Shown: positions 26,613 to 41,259 of the stretch, piece by piece | Numbering within the stretch: the first letter of the stretch is position 1 | How the letters are laid out: each line of letters begins with the position of its first letter | NCBI GenBank assembly: GCA_964016885.1 | Contig: OZ024751.1 | Span: 4,650,001 to 4,714,000, forward strand | Direction: 5' to 3' | Length of the DNA stretch: 64,000 nt | Source: Eledone cirrhosa | Taxonomy: Eukaryota | Made by a program: the position numbers and the translations under genes | The notes under the pieces: model-generated | Seen by the model: the letters and a program-made list of their open reading frames with translations, nothing else | Databases searched by the model: none | Told to the model about the DNA's origin: nothing

Positions 26613-27334
26613 TATTTAAATGTATTCTATTTTCTCCTAGTTTATTTTACACCTAATTCTGTTTAGTTGACTATATCTGGGCGATTACGCTGTCGAAATA
26701 TTCGATAAATATTCCGCTACGGCCGACGCGAAGCGCTATTTTCAGTTATTTGTCGGAGATTTCTTCATAGAAGCCTCATTCTTATAGCCTGGTCTATTCG
26801 ATTTTTTATATGGTTAAGTATGCTAATTGGGAGAGGAAATAGTATATATTTTATCTTGTGATTCTATAGACATGTTTTATGATATATATAAATATATATA
26901 TATTTGCTCTACGGTTCTTATATATTTGATATATATTTAGTCCATTCATTCGCCATTCTCTATCATTTTTTTCCAATCTTTGTCTTTCTCATCGATACAG
27001 TCGTATTTTCCAAAACAATCTTGTATTTTTGTTTATGCTTGTTAAATTATGCCCAAAATACGGGGATCTTATTTATACCTTACCTTCTCGCTAACTACCC
27101 AACATCCCTCCCTCCCATCCCCACGCACCACCATTATTACGTGGACCAATCATAAGTCAGAGGCCTATACTATCGCTTACCTGGTTGCTTTTCGATATGA
27201 TGGATGGACTACGGAATTCTGGAGAGTTGAAGAGAGAGAAAAATCTGGACGCTCAGCGACAATGCCAAAGATAAAGACAAATTCACCTCGTGGACGAGAA
27301 TGCAAGCACTCCTCCTCCTTGTTTCGGCCGCGGA

Positions 27335-29850
27335 TGGCTAACCTGCTGACGGCGGCAGACGAAGTCTGTGGCTGGAGCAGGCCTGTAGGCAGGAGGAGAG
27401 TAACATGGTGGTGGAACAGTAAGGTGGAGGAGTCAATTAAGGCCAAAAAGCAGGCTTGGAAAGTATGGCGGGATGGGGGGAAGTAGAGAAGACTATCAAG
27501 TGGCCAGGAGGGAAGCTAGGAGACAAGTGTACTTCGCAAGAAGGGAAGCAGAGGAAAGAAAGTTCAAGCATGTTCTACAACGTGAGGACCAAAAACGTGA
27601 GGTGTTCAGGATTGCTAGGCAATGTGTCAAGGAAAACCGTGATATTGTCGGGGAGAAGTGTGTACTTAATGATGATGGCGTACTTGCCATCACTGACGCT
27701 GATAAGAAGGTAGCTTGGAAGTGTCACTACGAAAGGCTTCTAAATGAGGAGAATAAATGGGAGAAAGACAGTCTCCTCACATCGACCCAATAGAGGGACC
27801 GGCAGTGTTAGTCGAAGGTAGTATAATAAGTAAGGCAATCAAAGATATGAAGATGGGTAAGGCGACTTTCTTCTCCCAACAAGGCGGCTGGGCCTTCGGA
27901 AATAGTTGCTGAGATGCTGAAAGCCTCTGGAACGGTGGGACACACCATGGTCACCCGGATAGTAAACCAAGTCATACAGAATGGGGTTGTTCCGAAGGAC
28001 TGGCGTAGCAGCATCATCATTAACTGTTACAAGGGTAAAGGAGATGCCCTAGATAGGAGTAACTATAGAGGCATTAAATTAATCGACCAGGTAATGAAGG
28101 TCACGGAAAAAGTAATAGCGCAACTAATCAGAGAGAGAATTGATCTAGATGAAATGCAGTTCGGTTTTGTGTCAGGCAAAAGTACCACAGACGCTCTTTT
28201 CATTGTACGACAACTACAGGAGAAGTACCTAGCTAAAAGTAAACCCCTATACTTAGCTTTTGTTGACTTGGAGAAAGCCTTCGACAGAGTCCCCCGTTCC
28301 CTTATCTGGTGGGCTCTTAGAAAACTAGGTGTTGACGAATGGCTTGTGAGAGCTATACAAGCCATGTATAAAGAAATAGTCAGCAAGGTTAGAATTAACA
28401 ACGAATATAGTGAAGAGTTTCGTGTAAAAGTTGGTGTTCATCAGGGCTCTGTTCTTAGCCCCCTACTATTTATTATTGCCCTTCAGGCTATAACATGGGA
28501 ACTCCTATACGCAGATGATCTAACGCTCATAGCTGAATCAATGGCCGAGCTAGAGAAGAAATTCCAAACATGGAAGCACGGCCTAGAATCAAAAGGCCTT
28601 AAAATTAACCTGGCTAAGACTAAAGTTCTAGTTTGTAGGAAAGAAAATAAGGCGCCGGTCCCTTCCGGGAAATGGCCATGCTCAGTGTGTAGGAAAGGCA
28701 TAGGTGGAAACTCCATTTTATGTCCCAAATGTAAAGTATGGGTGCATAAAAGATGTAGTGGGATCACAGGTAAGCTAACTAAGAACATAGATTTTACATG
28801 TGGCCGGTGCTCTGGTGCAATAAGTAGCAGCAAGTGCCCACAAAATACTAGCTCTTTCAATTGCGTAGAGGGTTCTATAGAAATAGTGGACAGCTTCCGT
28901 TACCTGGGTGACAAAATCAGCAGTGGGGGAGGGTGCTCTGAAAGTACAGTAGCTAGAGTCAGAACTGGATGGAAAAAGTTCAGAGAGCTTATACCACTAT
29001 TAGCCGCTAAAGGGTTCTCCCTAAAAATGAAAGGCAGGTTGTATGATGCCTGGATACGAACAGCAATGTTGCATGGCAGTGAGACCTGGGCATTGTGTGC
29101 AGAGGATATACGCAGACTAGAGAGGAACGAAGCTTGCATGCTCCGCTGGATGTGTAATAGTAATATACGTGAACAGCAAAGCATAAACGAACTAAGGAAA
29201 AAATTAGAAATAAGAGGGATCAGATGTTGTTTACTCGAGAGAAGGCTACGTTGGTATGGTCACGTGATGCGCATGAAAGACGACAGCTGTATAACAAAGT
29301 GCAGGGCAATAAAGATAGACGGTAACTACGGAGTAGGCAGACCCAGAAAAACCTGGGACGAGCTGATAAATTCCGACCTCACACACTTACACCTCTCCAT
29401 GACAATGTCACTGGACCGAGACCTTTGGCGGTACTCAGTAATAGAGAAGACCCGCCTTACCTAAATACAAAGTAAAACCTACTACAGTCAGTAGGCATCT
29501 CTAACAAAATACACCCCCGTCCCACCCCCACCCCATCCACACCGCCCCTTTCAATGTAAAGTTATGTTGGTGCCGCAACATCGAGGCCGAAACAAATGAG
29601 ATCGTGTAGGTGTCACGACAAAAAAACACACAGTCCACGCTGTAATGTGGCCGTGTAGGCAACACGGTAAAAACCTCCCAGCCCCACACTGTAAATGTGG
29701 TTGGTGTTAGGAAGGGCATCCAGCTGTAGAAAACCCGCCAGACAGTCCTATGCGAGCAAGACACTCTTGCCTCAAGTGGGAAAACTCCCGTCCAAACCCA
29801 TGCAAGCGTGGAACATGGACGTTAAACGATGATCATGATGATGATGATGA
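27335..29850 (+). mobile_element. 5'-truncated RTE-type LINE (RT plus PHD finger)
   Basis: ORF 27914-29464 (516 aa; short in-frame deletion before WELLYADD); upstream pieces with TWWWN; (GAT)n tail; same family as 7281-9030. Confidence 0.95.
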
Positions 29851-29925
29851 TTTATCCTTATCGAGCCCTCTTTGGATTTTAGTCTTCAAATTTATTATTA
29901 TTACTATAAATAAATAAATAAATAA

Positions 29926-30010
<85 letters not shown>

Positions 30011-30057
30011 ATAAGTAAGTCAAACATGTTAAATTTGGCTTCGTTTATTATAATTCT

Positions 30058-30110
30058 CTGTTATATAAATTTCAGTGACAGCCATTATTGGCTGTGACGT
30101 CATCAGGCAG
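30058..30110 (-). ncRNA. Type I hammerhead ribozyme motif
   Basis: CTGC-CTGATGA-cgtcacagcc(aataat)ggctgtcact-GAAA-t-ttat-a-TA-ACAG; related decayed copy at 45985-46025 (-). Confidence 0.55.
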
Positions 30111-30222
30111 TATGAATTAATGTAGAAAAAACAGGTAAACATGTTGTTGAAATGTGCTCCACTGTCAATTCATCTATATATCCAGCTACTGGGTGTGTTG
30201 TTAGTCCTACCAGGAACTGGAG

Positions 30223-30278
<56 letters not shown>

Positions 30279-30423
30279 ATAATAATAAATTTGAAGACTA
30301 AATAAATATATATATATATATATTTATATTTATTTATTGTGCTCTGATAAATGGACTTTTATTAATTCCTTCACTGTGGAAAAACTGGTATTGGTTGGAC
30401 TCTCTGATATGTGTGTCTATACT

Positions 30424-30424
<1 letters not shown>

Positions 30425-30513
<89 letters not shown>

Positions 30514-30624
30514 TATATATATATATAATATATATATATATACACACATATATATATATATATATAATATATATATATATACACACATATATATATATAT
30601 ATAATATATATATATATATATAAT

Positions 30625-30720
<96 letters not shown>

Positions 30721-30721
30721 T

Positions 30722-30792
<71 letters not shown>
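30425..30792. repeat. Long (TA)n microsatellite
   Basis: Dinucleotide tract. Confidence 0.95.
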
Positions 30793-30794
<2 letters not shown>

Positions 30795-30797
<3 letters not shown>

Positions 30798-31232
30798 CGC
30801 CCGGCCGACTAACTCACTCGATATGCAAATTACGCTGCTCAGCCGTTAATATGCATAAGGAAAGTATATACTTTCAGACGTTCAATCATCTGGCAGAAAG
30901 GTATACGATGCTGACGATAGCTAATAAGCTTGAAACTAGTACATCGTTCCTGTGTCAGTGTTGAACAAAGGGGCGACGATGGTTGCCTGAACACTGTACG
31001 GTGTAATTCGGGCTGTTTGTTTGTTTACAAACAAACAAACCGAACATTATCATAAATGTTCGGTAAACCCATACGTACATATATATATATGTGCATGTAT
31101 GTATATATATACATACTACTGTACGTCTGTATACATATTTGTATGTACGTATACATACATACATAATTGCATTTAAGTATCAGCCGTACTAAGAGTGAGA
31201 AATGAAATTTCGTTTCATTCTTTTCCATTTAT
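30795..31232 (+). mobile_element. PLE pLTR-like element carrying hammerhead
   Basis: Paralog of 22324-22800. Confidence 0.75.
30905..30947 (+). ncRNA. Minimal type I hammerhead ribozyme
   Basis: ACGATG-CTGACGA-t-agct(aata)agct-t-GAAA-C-TA-GTA-CATCGT; perfect 6-bp stem I. Confidence 0.88.
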
Positions 31233-31474
31233 AAATAAATTGAAAAAAATGGAGTGAAAGACTCACGTTAATCCCCTGTAGGTTTATGAGCTCAAGTAAT
31301 AATTGTTTCTACTTTTTGGCTCAAGGCCAGCAAATTACCCAATGCATTACTGGTACTTTATTTTATCGAGCCCGTAAGGTTGAAAGGCAAAGTTAACCTC
31401 GGCGGAATTAAGGAATAATGTGCTTTATTCAGTTATCTGAAATATCTTTAGAAGTGTTGGCTATATCTTCTTTA

Positions 31475-31555
31475 CACCTGTTGATAAGCCTTGAGAAGGT
31501 ATGGCACCAGCACTATTTATGGTGAAACATTCTCTTCTTTGGGAATGTCCAGGTG
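31475..31555 (+). ncRNA. Decayed type I hammerhead with full-length stem III
   Basis: CACCTG-ttgataa-gcc...ggt-GAAA-cattctc(ttcttt)gggaatg-TC-CAGGTG; two core substitutions. Confidence 0.55.
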
Positions 31556-31682
31556 GGGTTTTACATTTTAATTTTACCTTTCAATTATTATGTATTTTCT
31601 CCACTTTTCGTAGACCTTCACTATAGTCGTTCTGTAACCCTCGTAATTGAAAACATACCCCTTTTTGTGTTTTCTTCTCTAT

Positions 31683-31727
<45 letters not shown>

Positions 31728-31859
31728 AATTTGTAACACACACACACACACATATATATATATAGTAATTATAAGCCTCGCAGTGAAAACGTAAACATTT
31801 GAATACATTTCGTTATCCTCTTCATATAAATATCGATTGTCAATATTTATATGAAGAGA

Positions 31860-32425
31860 ATAATTATTTCTACTTTTGGCACAAGGCCAACAATTATCCC
31901 AGTGCATTACTGGTACGTAAGAATGAAAGGCAAAGTTAACCTCGGCGAGATTTGAACTCAGATCATAAAGAGCCGTGACTCTATGCTGCACAGCATGGCC
32001 TCCGAACCTCTACCGATACTGCCAATTCACCGCCCTGAAGAGAATAATGGTTTCTTATATAGGCACAAGGCCAGCAGTTTTGTGGGAGGAGAAAGTCGAT
32101 TAAATCGACCCCAGTGCGTGACTGGTACTTTATTTTATCGACCCCGTAAGGATGAAAAGCAAAGTTAACCTCAGCGAGATTTGAACTCAGATCATAAAGG
32201 CCCGTAACTCTATGCTGCACAGCATGGCGTCCGATTCTCTTCCGATACTGCCATCGCCCTGAAGAGAATAATTGTTTCTACTTTAGGCACAAGGCCAGCA
32301 ATTTCCCAGTACTTTATTTTATTGACCCCGTAAGGATGAAAGGCAAAGTCAACCTCGGCGGGATTTGAACTCAGATCGTTAAGGGACGTAACTATGCTGG
32401 AAAGCATGGCGTCCGACCCTCTACC
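31860..32425 (-). mobile_element. Three head-to-tail family-A SINE copies
   Basis: Repeated GGCACAAGGCCA...GAAAGGCAAAGTTAACCTCGGCG...TTTGAACTCAG blocks. Confidence 0.85.
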
Positions 32426-32556
32426 GATACTGCCAATCCACATTCATATTTGTTTACGCGTTCACAGCGTGTTTTATAATTAAAAAAAAAAATGTAGCTA
32501 CACCTACATTTAATTTATCTTAGATCTTCCCATACACCCTGTATTGTGCTCATATA

Positions 32557-32967
32557 CAGGGTGTACCCCTAAAATGTATACACACTTAAACTCTTTAAAA
32601 AAATGCATTGAAATAAATTCTGTTTTATATGCATTATTGTGGATTGGCAGTATCGGCAGAGGGCCGGACGCCATGCTTTCCAGCATAGTTACGTCCCTTT
32701 ACGATATGAGTTCAAATCCCGCCGAGGTTGACTTTGCCTTTCATCCTTACGGGGTCGATAAAATAAAGTACCAGTAATGCACTGGGTAATTGCTGGCCTT
32801 GTGCCTAAAGTAGAAACAATTATTTAAATTATGTAAATATTTTTGGGTGTTTATATACAATTGAATTATGTCTGTAGATCATTTTATTTTTGGAAAGACT
32901 GTGCATTCTCATAAATATTGCCTGTACATACAATCAAAGTGTATATACATTTTTGGAGGGCACCCTG
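32557..32967. mobile_element. Tc1/mariner-type MITE with nested family-A SINE (32638-32822, +)
   Basis: TIR CAGGGTGTACCCCTAAAATGTATACACACTT / AAGTGTATATACATTTTTGGAGGGCACCCTG; TA flanks. Confidence 0.75.
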
Positions 32968-33649
32968 TATTTGTTATTTAAAATGTTTTAATGTTTCCGT
33001 TAGCAGAAAAATAAGGATTGTTCGGATTAGTTTTATCTCTGGAGACTATTTGGAGAACAATTGCCTTCTGTTCACGGAATGATCGATAACTTACAGCTAT
33101 GATATCGATCTCAAACTAGGATTCAGTTAAAACAGTGCATTTGTTAGAAACATGATTAGGTCCTAACACAAATAGCCGTAATAATAGTCAATCACTGAAA
33201 ATAATAATTGAATAAATCGGGCAAAGAACCCCTGAAGACGAAAAAAAAAAAAAAATGAACAGGAGTGCCTGCGAGAAATCGAATCCTATATCTCCGAGAG
33301 ATTTCTCGCAGGCACCACTGTCCGATGCTTCTTAAGTCAGCCGCTTTGTTTAACTAATAAATGTCATTGTCTATCCAGGAGATAAAAAACAAAAACATTT
33401 GTTTACTCTGGTTTACATTTCACAGCCTCTCCCGTCACTCTCTCTTTCTCTCACTCATTCTCTCTCTCTCTCTATATATATCACTCCCCTTCCCTCTTTC
33501 TTTCTCTCTCCCTCCCCCTATATCTCACTATGCCTCCCCTTTCCGCTCTCTATCGCATTCCCTCTCTGTCTTTCTCTCTCTCACTCTCTGCTTTTCTTTC
33601 TCTCTTTCACTCTATCTGGCCTTTTCTCTCGCCCTCCCTCTCTCTCTCC

Positions 33650-33694
<45 letters not shown>

Positions 33695-33731
33695 ACTCTC
33701 TCTCTCACACACACATACACACTCTCTCTCA

Positions 33732-34655
<924 letters not shown>

Positions 34656-35069
34656 TCAATAAAAAGAAAAACAGCTAAAATAATTCAAATATAACAAAAA
34701 TGAACGTGCAATTTTTTGAATTCAAAAGGTATATTTATGATAATTTATTTTCTTTGCTACTCTCGGGTCTCGAATAATGTCCCCACCCGCTAATTAATTT
34801 TTCTGATTTTTTTTCTAACTCCCATCCCCCGCTCTTATTCCATTTTTGTTAATCAAAAGTCGACAAAAAAGTACCAGTTTAGTACTGAGGTCTATTTTTC
34901 CTCTATATCGCTTTCTCATTTTCTCTGGAAAAAATTGACTGAGTTTAAACCTGGAGAAAACGATGGGCACCGCCTGGTTTTAAAATGCCCAAGACACTCT
35001 GTATGTCACTACGACGCCCCTGCGACTTAATTAGGAGTTATGGGTCCATCCATCCATCCACACACACAT

Positions 35070-35108
<39 letters not shown>

Positions 35109-35554
35109 CACATCCATCCATCCATTTATCCATCCATCCATACACGCAACTATCCATCCATCCACACAATATTAGGCAACGAAGTCGATATGCAAATTAG
35201 ATAAATCGCCTTTTTACTTTCTAAGCCAATACCTTCACGCTCAACCAGCCAAGCGAACCAAATATCTGCCACGTACTTAATCGGTTCAATATAGTTTCCG
35301 TTTCTGATTCAGTTAACTTCCTGAAGTCAAGTCTTTAAATTAGAGACTATATCTTTTATTTCTATTTGGCAGCAATCGAATGCTTTGTTAGATCACCTAT
35401 TTCCAATTTTAGTGCTGCTTCTCAAACGAGCCAACGAGTAGTGAGTCTCTTTGTTGTTGCTCAACTTTGCTAGAAATAGCAACCAAATCTCTCTCTAAAT
35501 CTACGATTTACTGTCACAGATAGAGAAAAATACATTGAAAAATGTAGTCCCTTC

Positions 35555-35800
35555 TTCTTCTTCTTCTTCTTCTTCTTCTTGAGAGGGTCGTGGGGACAGA
35601 GTCCTCAAACACGCCTTCCAGCAGGTCCTGCCAGAAGCAACCATCTCCAACTGATCTGGCTGGATCCCCAAGAGTGACCAACCAAGCTCATGGATGTTAT
35701 GCAACCATCTTGCTGGGTCTCCTGCTTGTTGGTTTTGCCGGTAAAATCTGTACAACGATTCTTTCCTGAGACATTGTAACCATATGACCATAGTATCGGA
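35555..35800 (-). mobile_element. Short RTE 3'-end fragment with (GAA)n tail
   Basis: Same family at 38540-38783 (+), 42005-42150 (+) and 49113-49400 (-); best copy encodes GKRPRGRPRAKWLDNI. Confidence 0.75.
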
Positions 35801-36149
35801 GCTGTGATCTCTTGACTCGGAAAAGTAGCAGATCTACCTGGACTGATTCTCTGATCTCCGAGCTGCGCACTATATCGAAAAATGTAGATAGTCCCTGATA
35901 TAAAAAAAAAAAAAAAAATGTGATTTAGGCTGAACAACAAGTGGGGGTAAACAACAATAACAAATTCTCAAATTAAGCTAACTGTATTGAAAACAAAACT
36001 AAATATATCCGAGGTCAATTTGTCCTCTAACCTCAGCAACGATCACAATGAAATACATAATTGTTTCTTTTATAAATATTTATCTTCGGGTGTTTAGGGC
36101 GTTGGAAATGGAAAATAGAAAGTTGTTACAAGTGAAATTAAATAACGAT

Positions 36150-36227
<78 letters not shown>

Positions 36228-37084
36228 CCACTGGAGAAGGGAATTAAATCAACATGATATTTCAAAGAAATACTAAATTATATAATATATTAGACGCCAG
36301 AGCCGTAGTTGTATCGATCAAGGCCTGTTGAGATGGAAGAGATGGTAATAAAATAATATATGCTGCTGATATCGATTTATACACGAGTAAAATAGGTTTA
36401 TTTATTGAACAGAATCCTAAAGTATTTTATCTCCCCTTGGCAAATGAAGGTAGAATATTGAAAGTAGAATACGGTGACTTCATAATGCTTCAAAATTCTT
36501 CTTATGTAAACGATTGGCAAAGTTGGTAGAGCGTCTGAAAAAATAACTTTGTGTTAGTCAGTACATCTCTTTAGGTTCTACTGTCAACTACACTTTAACT
36601 ATTTTTTGTGTCGATAAAATAAGTACTAGTTAAGTCGAAAAGTAAAACAAAGGGCGCTTAACTCTTGATAGAGTCGTAGAGAGAGAATCGATCTCCTGGA
36701 CTGGTACTTAATCTATCGACCTCGAAAGGATGAAAGGCAAGGTTGATGTCGGTGGGATTTGAACTCACAGCTGGAACAAATACCGAGGTATTTTATATCC
36801 AAAATTATAACGACTTATCCAACAATTACATCTAGCAGCTAGTAACAAAGTCTCCATCACCCACACGACTACCATCATCATGATCAACACTACAACAACC
36901 TACTTTCCCTCTCTCTACCTCTCTCTAACCTATCTACTACCCCCCACCTCTCTCACCTATCTATATATCTACTTACTCCCCCTCTCTCTCTAACCTATCT
37001 ATAGATCTATCTACTCCCCCTCTCTATCTGATCTATTTATCTCTTCCCCTCCCTCTCTCTTTAACCTATCTATCTACCTATCTT

Positions 37085-37446
37085 TAGGTACTACTTTAGA
37101 AGGAGAATCAGGGTGGAGAGAGAGGCACTGCACCCCAGTAAATTTACTGAAAGTTGGGTGAATGTGGCAAAAATGGCCCGAGTGATTGGGCCTTCTCTGT
37201 ATATAAACCTGTAGGTTGAAGAGAGCAAAAGGAAGAAAGGAGCACTTGCACAACACGCTCCTGAAGTTGAGGGTTGTTCTATCTACGGGGTATTAAACAA
37301 CCCATTTGTGGCGCCTCCACCCTATTAGGGATTTCGATTGTTATATTTGTTTGTTTCATATTTTTACACGATTGTATGTAAAATCCCCGGCATGTGTCTT
37401 TGTTTTGTCCCCTTTTCTTGTGCGCCCTTGTGGCTAATAAAGAAAT
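37085..37446 (+). mobile_element. Tx1/L1-like 3' fragment (divergent subfamily) in a (TCTA)-rich tract
   Basis: Reads FRYYFRRRIRVERE..KFTESWVNVAKMARVIGPSL..*, homologous to the 59685-59823 end of ORF2; ends GCCCTTGTGGCTAATAAAGAAAT. Confidence 0.75.
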
Positions 37447-37668
37447 ATATCTATACCATACTATACCAATCTATTGTCATCTCAAATCAACACTGATGAT
37501 AATGACAATTTCCTTTCGATTCCTCTTCACTTGTTTTCAATTTCTTCATTATAACAGCTTTCAGACTAGGAAATCTTTCTTTGTTTAACCACAGATTTCA
37601 AATCACAAAAGACTTGTTATCCTCTCAAATATACCCACCCGCAAACGCATATATATATATATATATTT

Positions 37669-37843
37669 AAAAAAAGGGAAAGGAATGACTTCACTTGTAG
37701 TGTTAAACATTTTTTGGGGATTTAATTTTATAATATTATAATATTATGAGTTGGTAAATCCACCAACTCATAATATTATAATATAAAATTAAATCCCAAA
37801 ATTTTTTTAACACTACAAGTGAAGTCATTCTTTTCCTTTTTTT
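37669..37843. repeat. Long imperfect inverted repeat (fold-back)
   Basis: GAATGACTTCACTTGTAGTGTTAAA...ATGAGTTGGT-aaatcc-ACCAACTCAT...TTTAACACTACAAGTGAAGTCATTC. Confidence 0.85.
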
Positions 37844-37880
37844 CAAATATACCTAACTGTACCAAGGATCTCACACATTT

Positions 37881-37926
<46 letters not shown>

Positions 37927-38031
37927 ATGTATTTATATATATGTATGTATATGTATGTATATGTATGTATATATGTATATATATATATATGTGTGTGTGT
38001 GTGTATGTGTATGTATATATATATATGCATG

Positions 38032-38092
<61 letters not shown>

Positions 38093-38177
38093 TGTATATT
38101 TGTATGTATATGTATATATATATATATATGTATATACACATATATATACAAATATGTAGACACTCATATATGTATAT

Positions 38178-38220
<43 letters not shown>

Positions 38221-38539
38221 CATACACACACACGCAGACACTCACACATATATATACACATGAGATCAAAGCCACTTTGATTCAAGAAAGAGAGAGAGAG
38301 AGAGTACTGCAGTGCGAATTAAATACACACGTACAACAAATTTTAAAATCTGGTCGCCATGACAGAAAAACTTAGTGAAAGATGGAGACTTGTTTTTATT
38401 TTATTTTATTTCTATTTTTTTGGTGGGGGGATTTTAAATTATTTTATTTAATAAAATTTGACCACCAAGACGCTGTTGCAAACCAATCTTCGCTTGAAAC
38501 AAATATATTTAAAAAATGAAAATTAACTCTATGGGGTTT

Positions 38540-38783
38540 TAGAATGTCTCAGGAAAGAATCGCTGGACAGATTTTATGGGCAAAACCAGTCGGCAGGAGA
38601 CCTAGGGGTAGACGCCGAGCAAGATGGTTGGATAACATCAATGAACTTTGCTGTTCTCGCTTGGGGATCCAGCCAAATCAGTTGGAGACGGTTGCTTCTG
38701 ACAGGAACCGCTAAAAAGAGTATTTGAGGACTCTGCCTTCACGACCCTTTCAGGAAGAAGAAGAAGAAGAAGAAGAAGAAGAA
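38540..38783 (+). mobile_element. Short RTE 3'-end fragment with (GAA)n tail
   Basis: GRRPRGRRRARWLDNI motif; matches 49113-49400. Confidence 0.75.
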
Positions 38784-39347
38784 ACTTAAATCTAATTCTA
38801 TTCTAAATGTAAAGGACATCAAAAGCTGTGTCATCGCTATTCTATATTAAATTGTAATGAAGTAAATGACGTTTTTCTTTTACAAATGTCATGTACTGTT
38901 TTTAAAAAATTGATGAAAACTGCAATTTTAGATGAGACTATCTCGTTCTATATTATCTCTCTCTCCCCCTCTATACACTCTCTAACTATCTTTCTCTGTC
39001 TCAGCTTCCTCTCTCGCTCTCTTCTTACACGTTCATAGTCTTATATACAAATGTTACAAATTCCATTTGGGAGTCATCAAGACAGGAACAGTTTGGCCTC
39101 AGAGAATTAAGTCAGCCTCAATGATGCGAATTTGTATTCAACAAACTTATGTTTACTGATGAACGAAGCTAAGTAAATGAATTACGGTGAAAAATTACAG
39201 AAAAATTGTTTAAGCTGAAAAGAATTTCAATATAATGTATTTGTTCAATATATCAAATTCGATCTATGCGTTAACGGTGTGGGGGAAATAAACTTGAATG
39301 TTAACATGTATTTCTTACCGCTTAGTCAGGGAAATAAGGGCTGCACA

Positions 39348-39508
39348 CAGGACCGGATTTAACACTGTACTTAGGTGTGCTTAAGTACAGAGACCCATTG
39401 ACCCCCCCCCCCCCCCCCACATAACTTTTTTTACCTCCTTCAGGGCCCAAGTAAGGAGCCTCATAACTTAACTAGCACAGGGCCTCATTTGTCCTAAATA
39501 AGGCGCTG
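39348..39508. mobile_element. hAT-like MITE
   Basis: Ends CAGGACCGGATTTA / TAAATAAGGCGCTG; 8-bp TSD GCTGCACA/GCTTCACA. Confidence 0.65.
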
Positions 39509-40213
39509 GCTTCACACACAGCACTTGAATTTTTCAAAGACTCCGTGACTGAAGTGGGTGGAGTTTTCCTAAAATCGGAGACCTGACCTCCAAATATTTG
39601 TAACAAATTGAACCATGTGGTGGTATTAATGCGAAAGACCCTTCAATCTACCGCCGAAGAACTCAGAGAGCTTAAAGAAACGGAACAAATATCTCAAGTT
39701 ATCAGGCCTCTTGCTCTAACAATTCTTATAATCAACCATTCTGGACTGGGACTTTATTCTATAGACACCGAAAGGATGAAAGGTGAAGTTGACTTAGGCG
39801 GAATTTGAACTCGGTACGCAGAGAGTGGGAAGAAATGCCGCAACATAAGCAACGAAAATATTTAGCACACCAACATCCTGGTCTCGAACAATGCCCCCCC
39901 CCCCCCCTACTCATTTTTGAGAACCCCCATCCCCGCTTATTAAATTTTATTTTAAGTGGTAGCATTCCGGCGACAATTAAATTTCTTTAGACATCAAAAT
40001 ATGACCCAAAAAGTAGATTACTAGAAATAAGATGTGTTAGGGGTCTAAATATGTAAACTAAACGACTAATTCTGGTTTTAAAAAAATCAACGGAGACAAC
40101 CTAGAAAAATTACCGATTTTCTAACTCCCACTCCCGCTTATTTCAACTTCTGCACTTACCGCCCTCCCCACAAATTCCAACCTCACCTATTATTTGGGAT
40201 CCGAGAGTAAATA

Positions 40214-40419
40214 TCGTATATACTCGAATATAAGTCGATCCGAATATAAGTCGACCCTTATTTTCTGTCAAAGAGACGGGCAAAACACCAAACCTTCATT
40301 TATAGGTCGAGGCAGCTAATCAACAGATTGTTTAGATGGCATATATAAGCCAAGCTCCCCCATTTTATCATCGATTTCGTTTTGGCCAGATATTACTCGA
40401 CTTATATTCAGCTATACGG
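40214..40419. mobile_element. Tc1/mariner (Tc2-like) MITE
   Basis: TCGTATATACTCGAATATAAGTCGA ... TCGACTTATATTCAGCTATACGG with TA flanks. Confidence 0.7.
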
Positions 40420-40612
40420 TAAATCTCTTAATTTCTTAAAGAAAATGACGTGTCCCAAGCCGGCACTAAACTTCCTAGCTTCTCCATCAGATACACACTC
40501 AAGTTATATGTCGTCACTAAATGGCTTCTGGTGATTGCTTTCCTTTACTGTAAGCTGTTTGACAACTGCGTCATTCTCACTGTAATGTTGAATATTTTCA
40601 TTGATATACACA

Positions 40613-40648
<36 letters not shown>

Positions 40649-41085
40649 GAATAATCGAGTATCGAAAAATCGGCGCACGAGTTCACGATAAACAAAATTC
40701 GACATGAGTGGCAGAGGGCTCAATAATTCAGATAAATCAGAGCTATAACTATCGTTAAAATACCAACACACATAGATTATGTCTAAAATCAACCATACGA
40801 CCGAAAAATTACGATCAGGAAGATTCGGGTCACTCAGATAAAATATCAATAAATCAATAAATCATGTGAATGTAAAAAGCTTCCCCGACCCACTAGAAAG
40901 ATGGTAAATCTAGCTTCTTGGGTTTCTGTAAATCCTTAAACCGCCCACTATCAGCCCACATAAAAATATATAAGACTTCTAGAGAACGGCGGACAGGAAA
41001 TACTTTATCAACGAGCTTTGTCCAGACGAATAAATATATATATATATATACACACACATATATACATGTATGTATACATACGTAT

Positions 41086-41167
<82 letters not shown>

Positions 41168-41259
41168 ATGTGTGTGTGTGTGTATGTGTGTGTATATATA
41201 ACGAATAATAAATAACCAAGGCTTAATACATTAATCCACCAATCAGAATCGGTTGAGGG

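Noticed and set aside
37776-38285. YI/HT/CV-rich ORFs here and at 19.9k, 30.3k, 41k, 45.2k, 51.3k and 52.9k
   Set aside because: Artefacts of (TA)n/(CA)n tracts.
40860-41035. Promoter or first exon of a plus-strand gene (ATG|GTAAAT)
   Set aside because: No downstream exons identifiable; the segment sits between (TA)n tracts like other repeat remnants.
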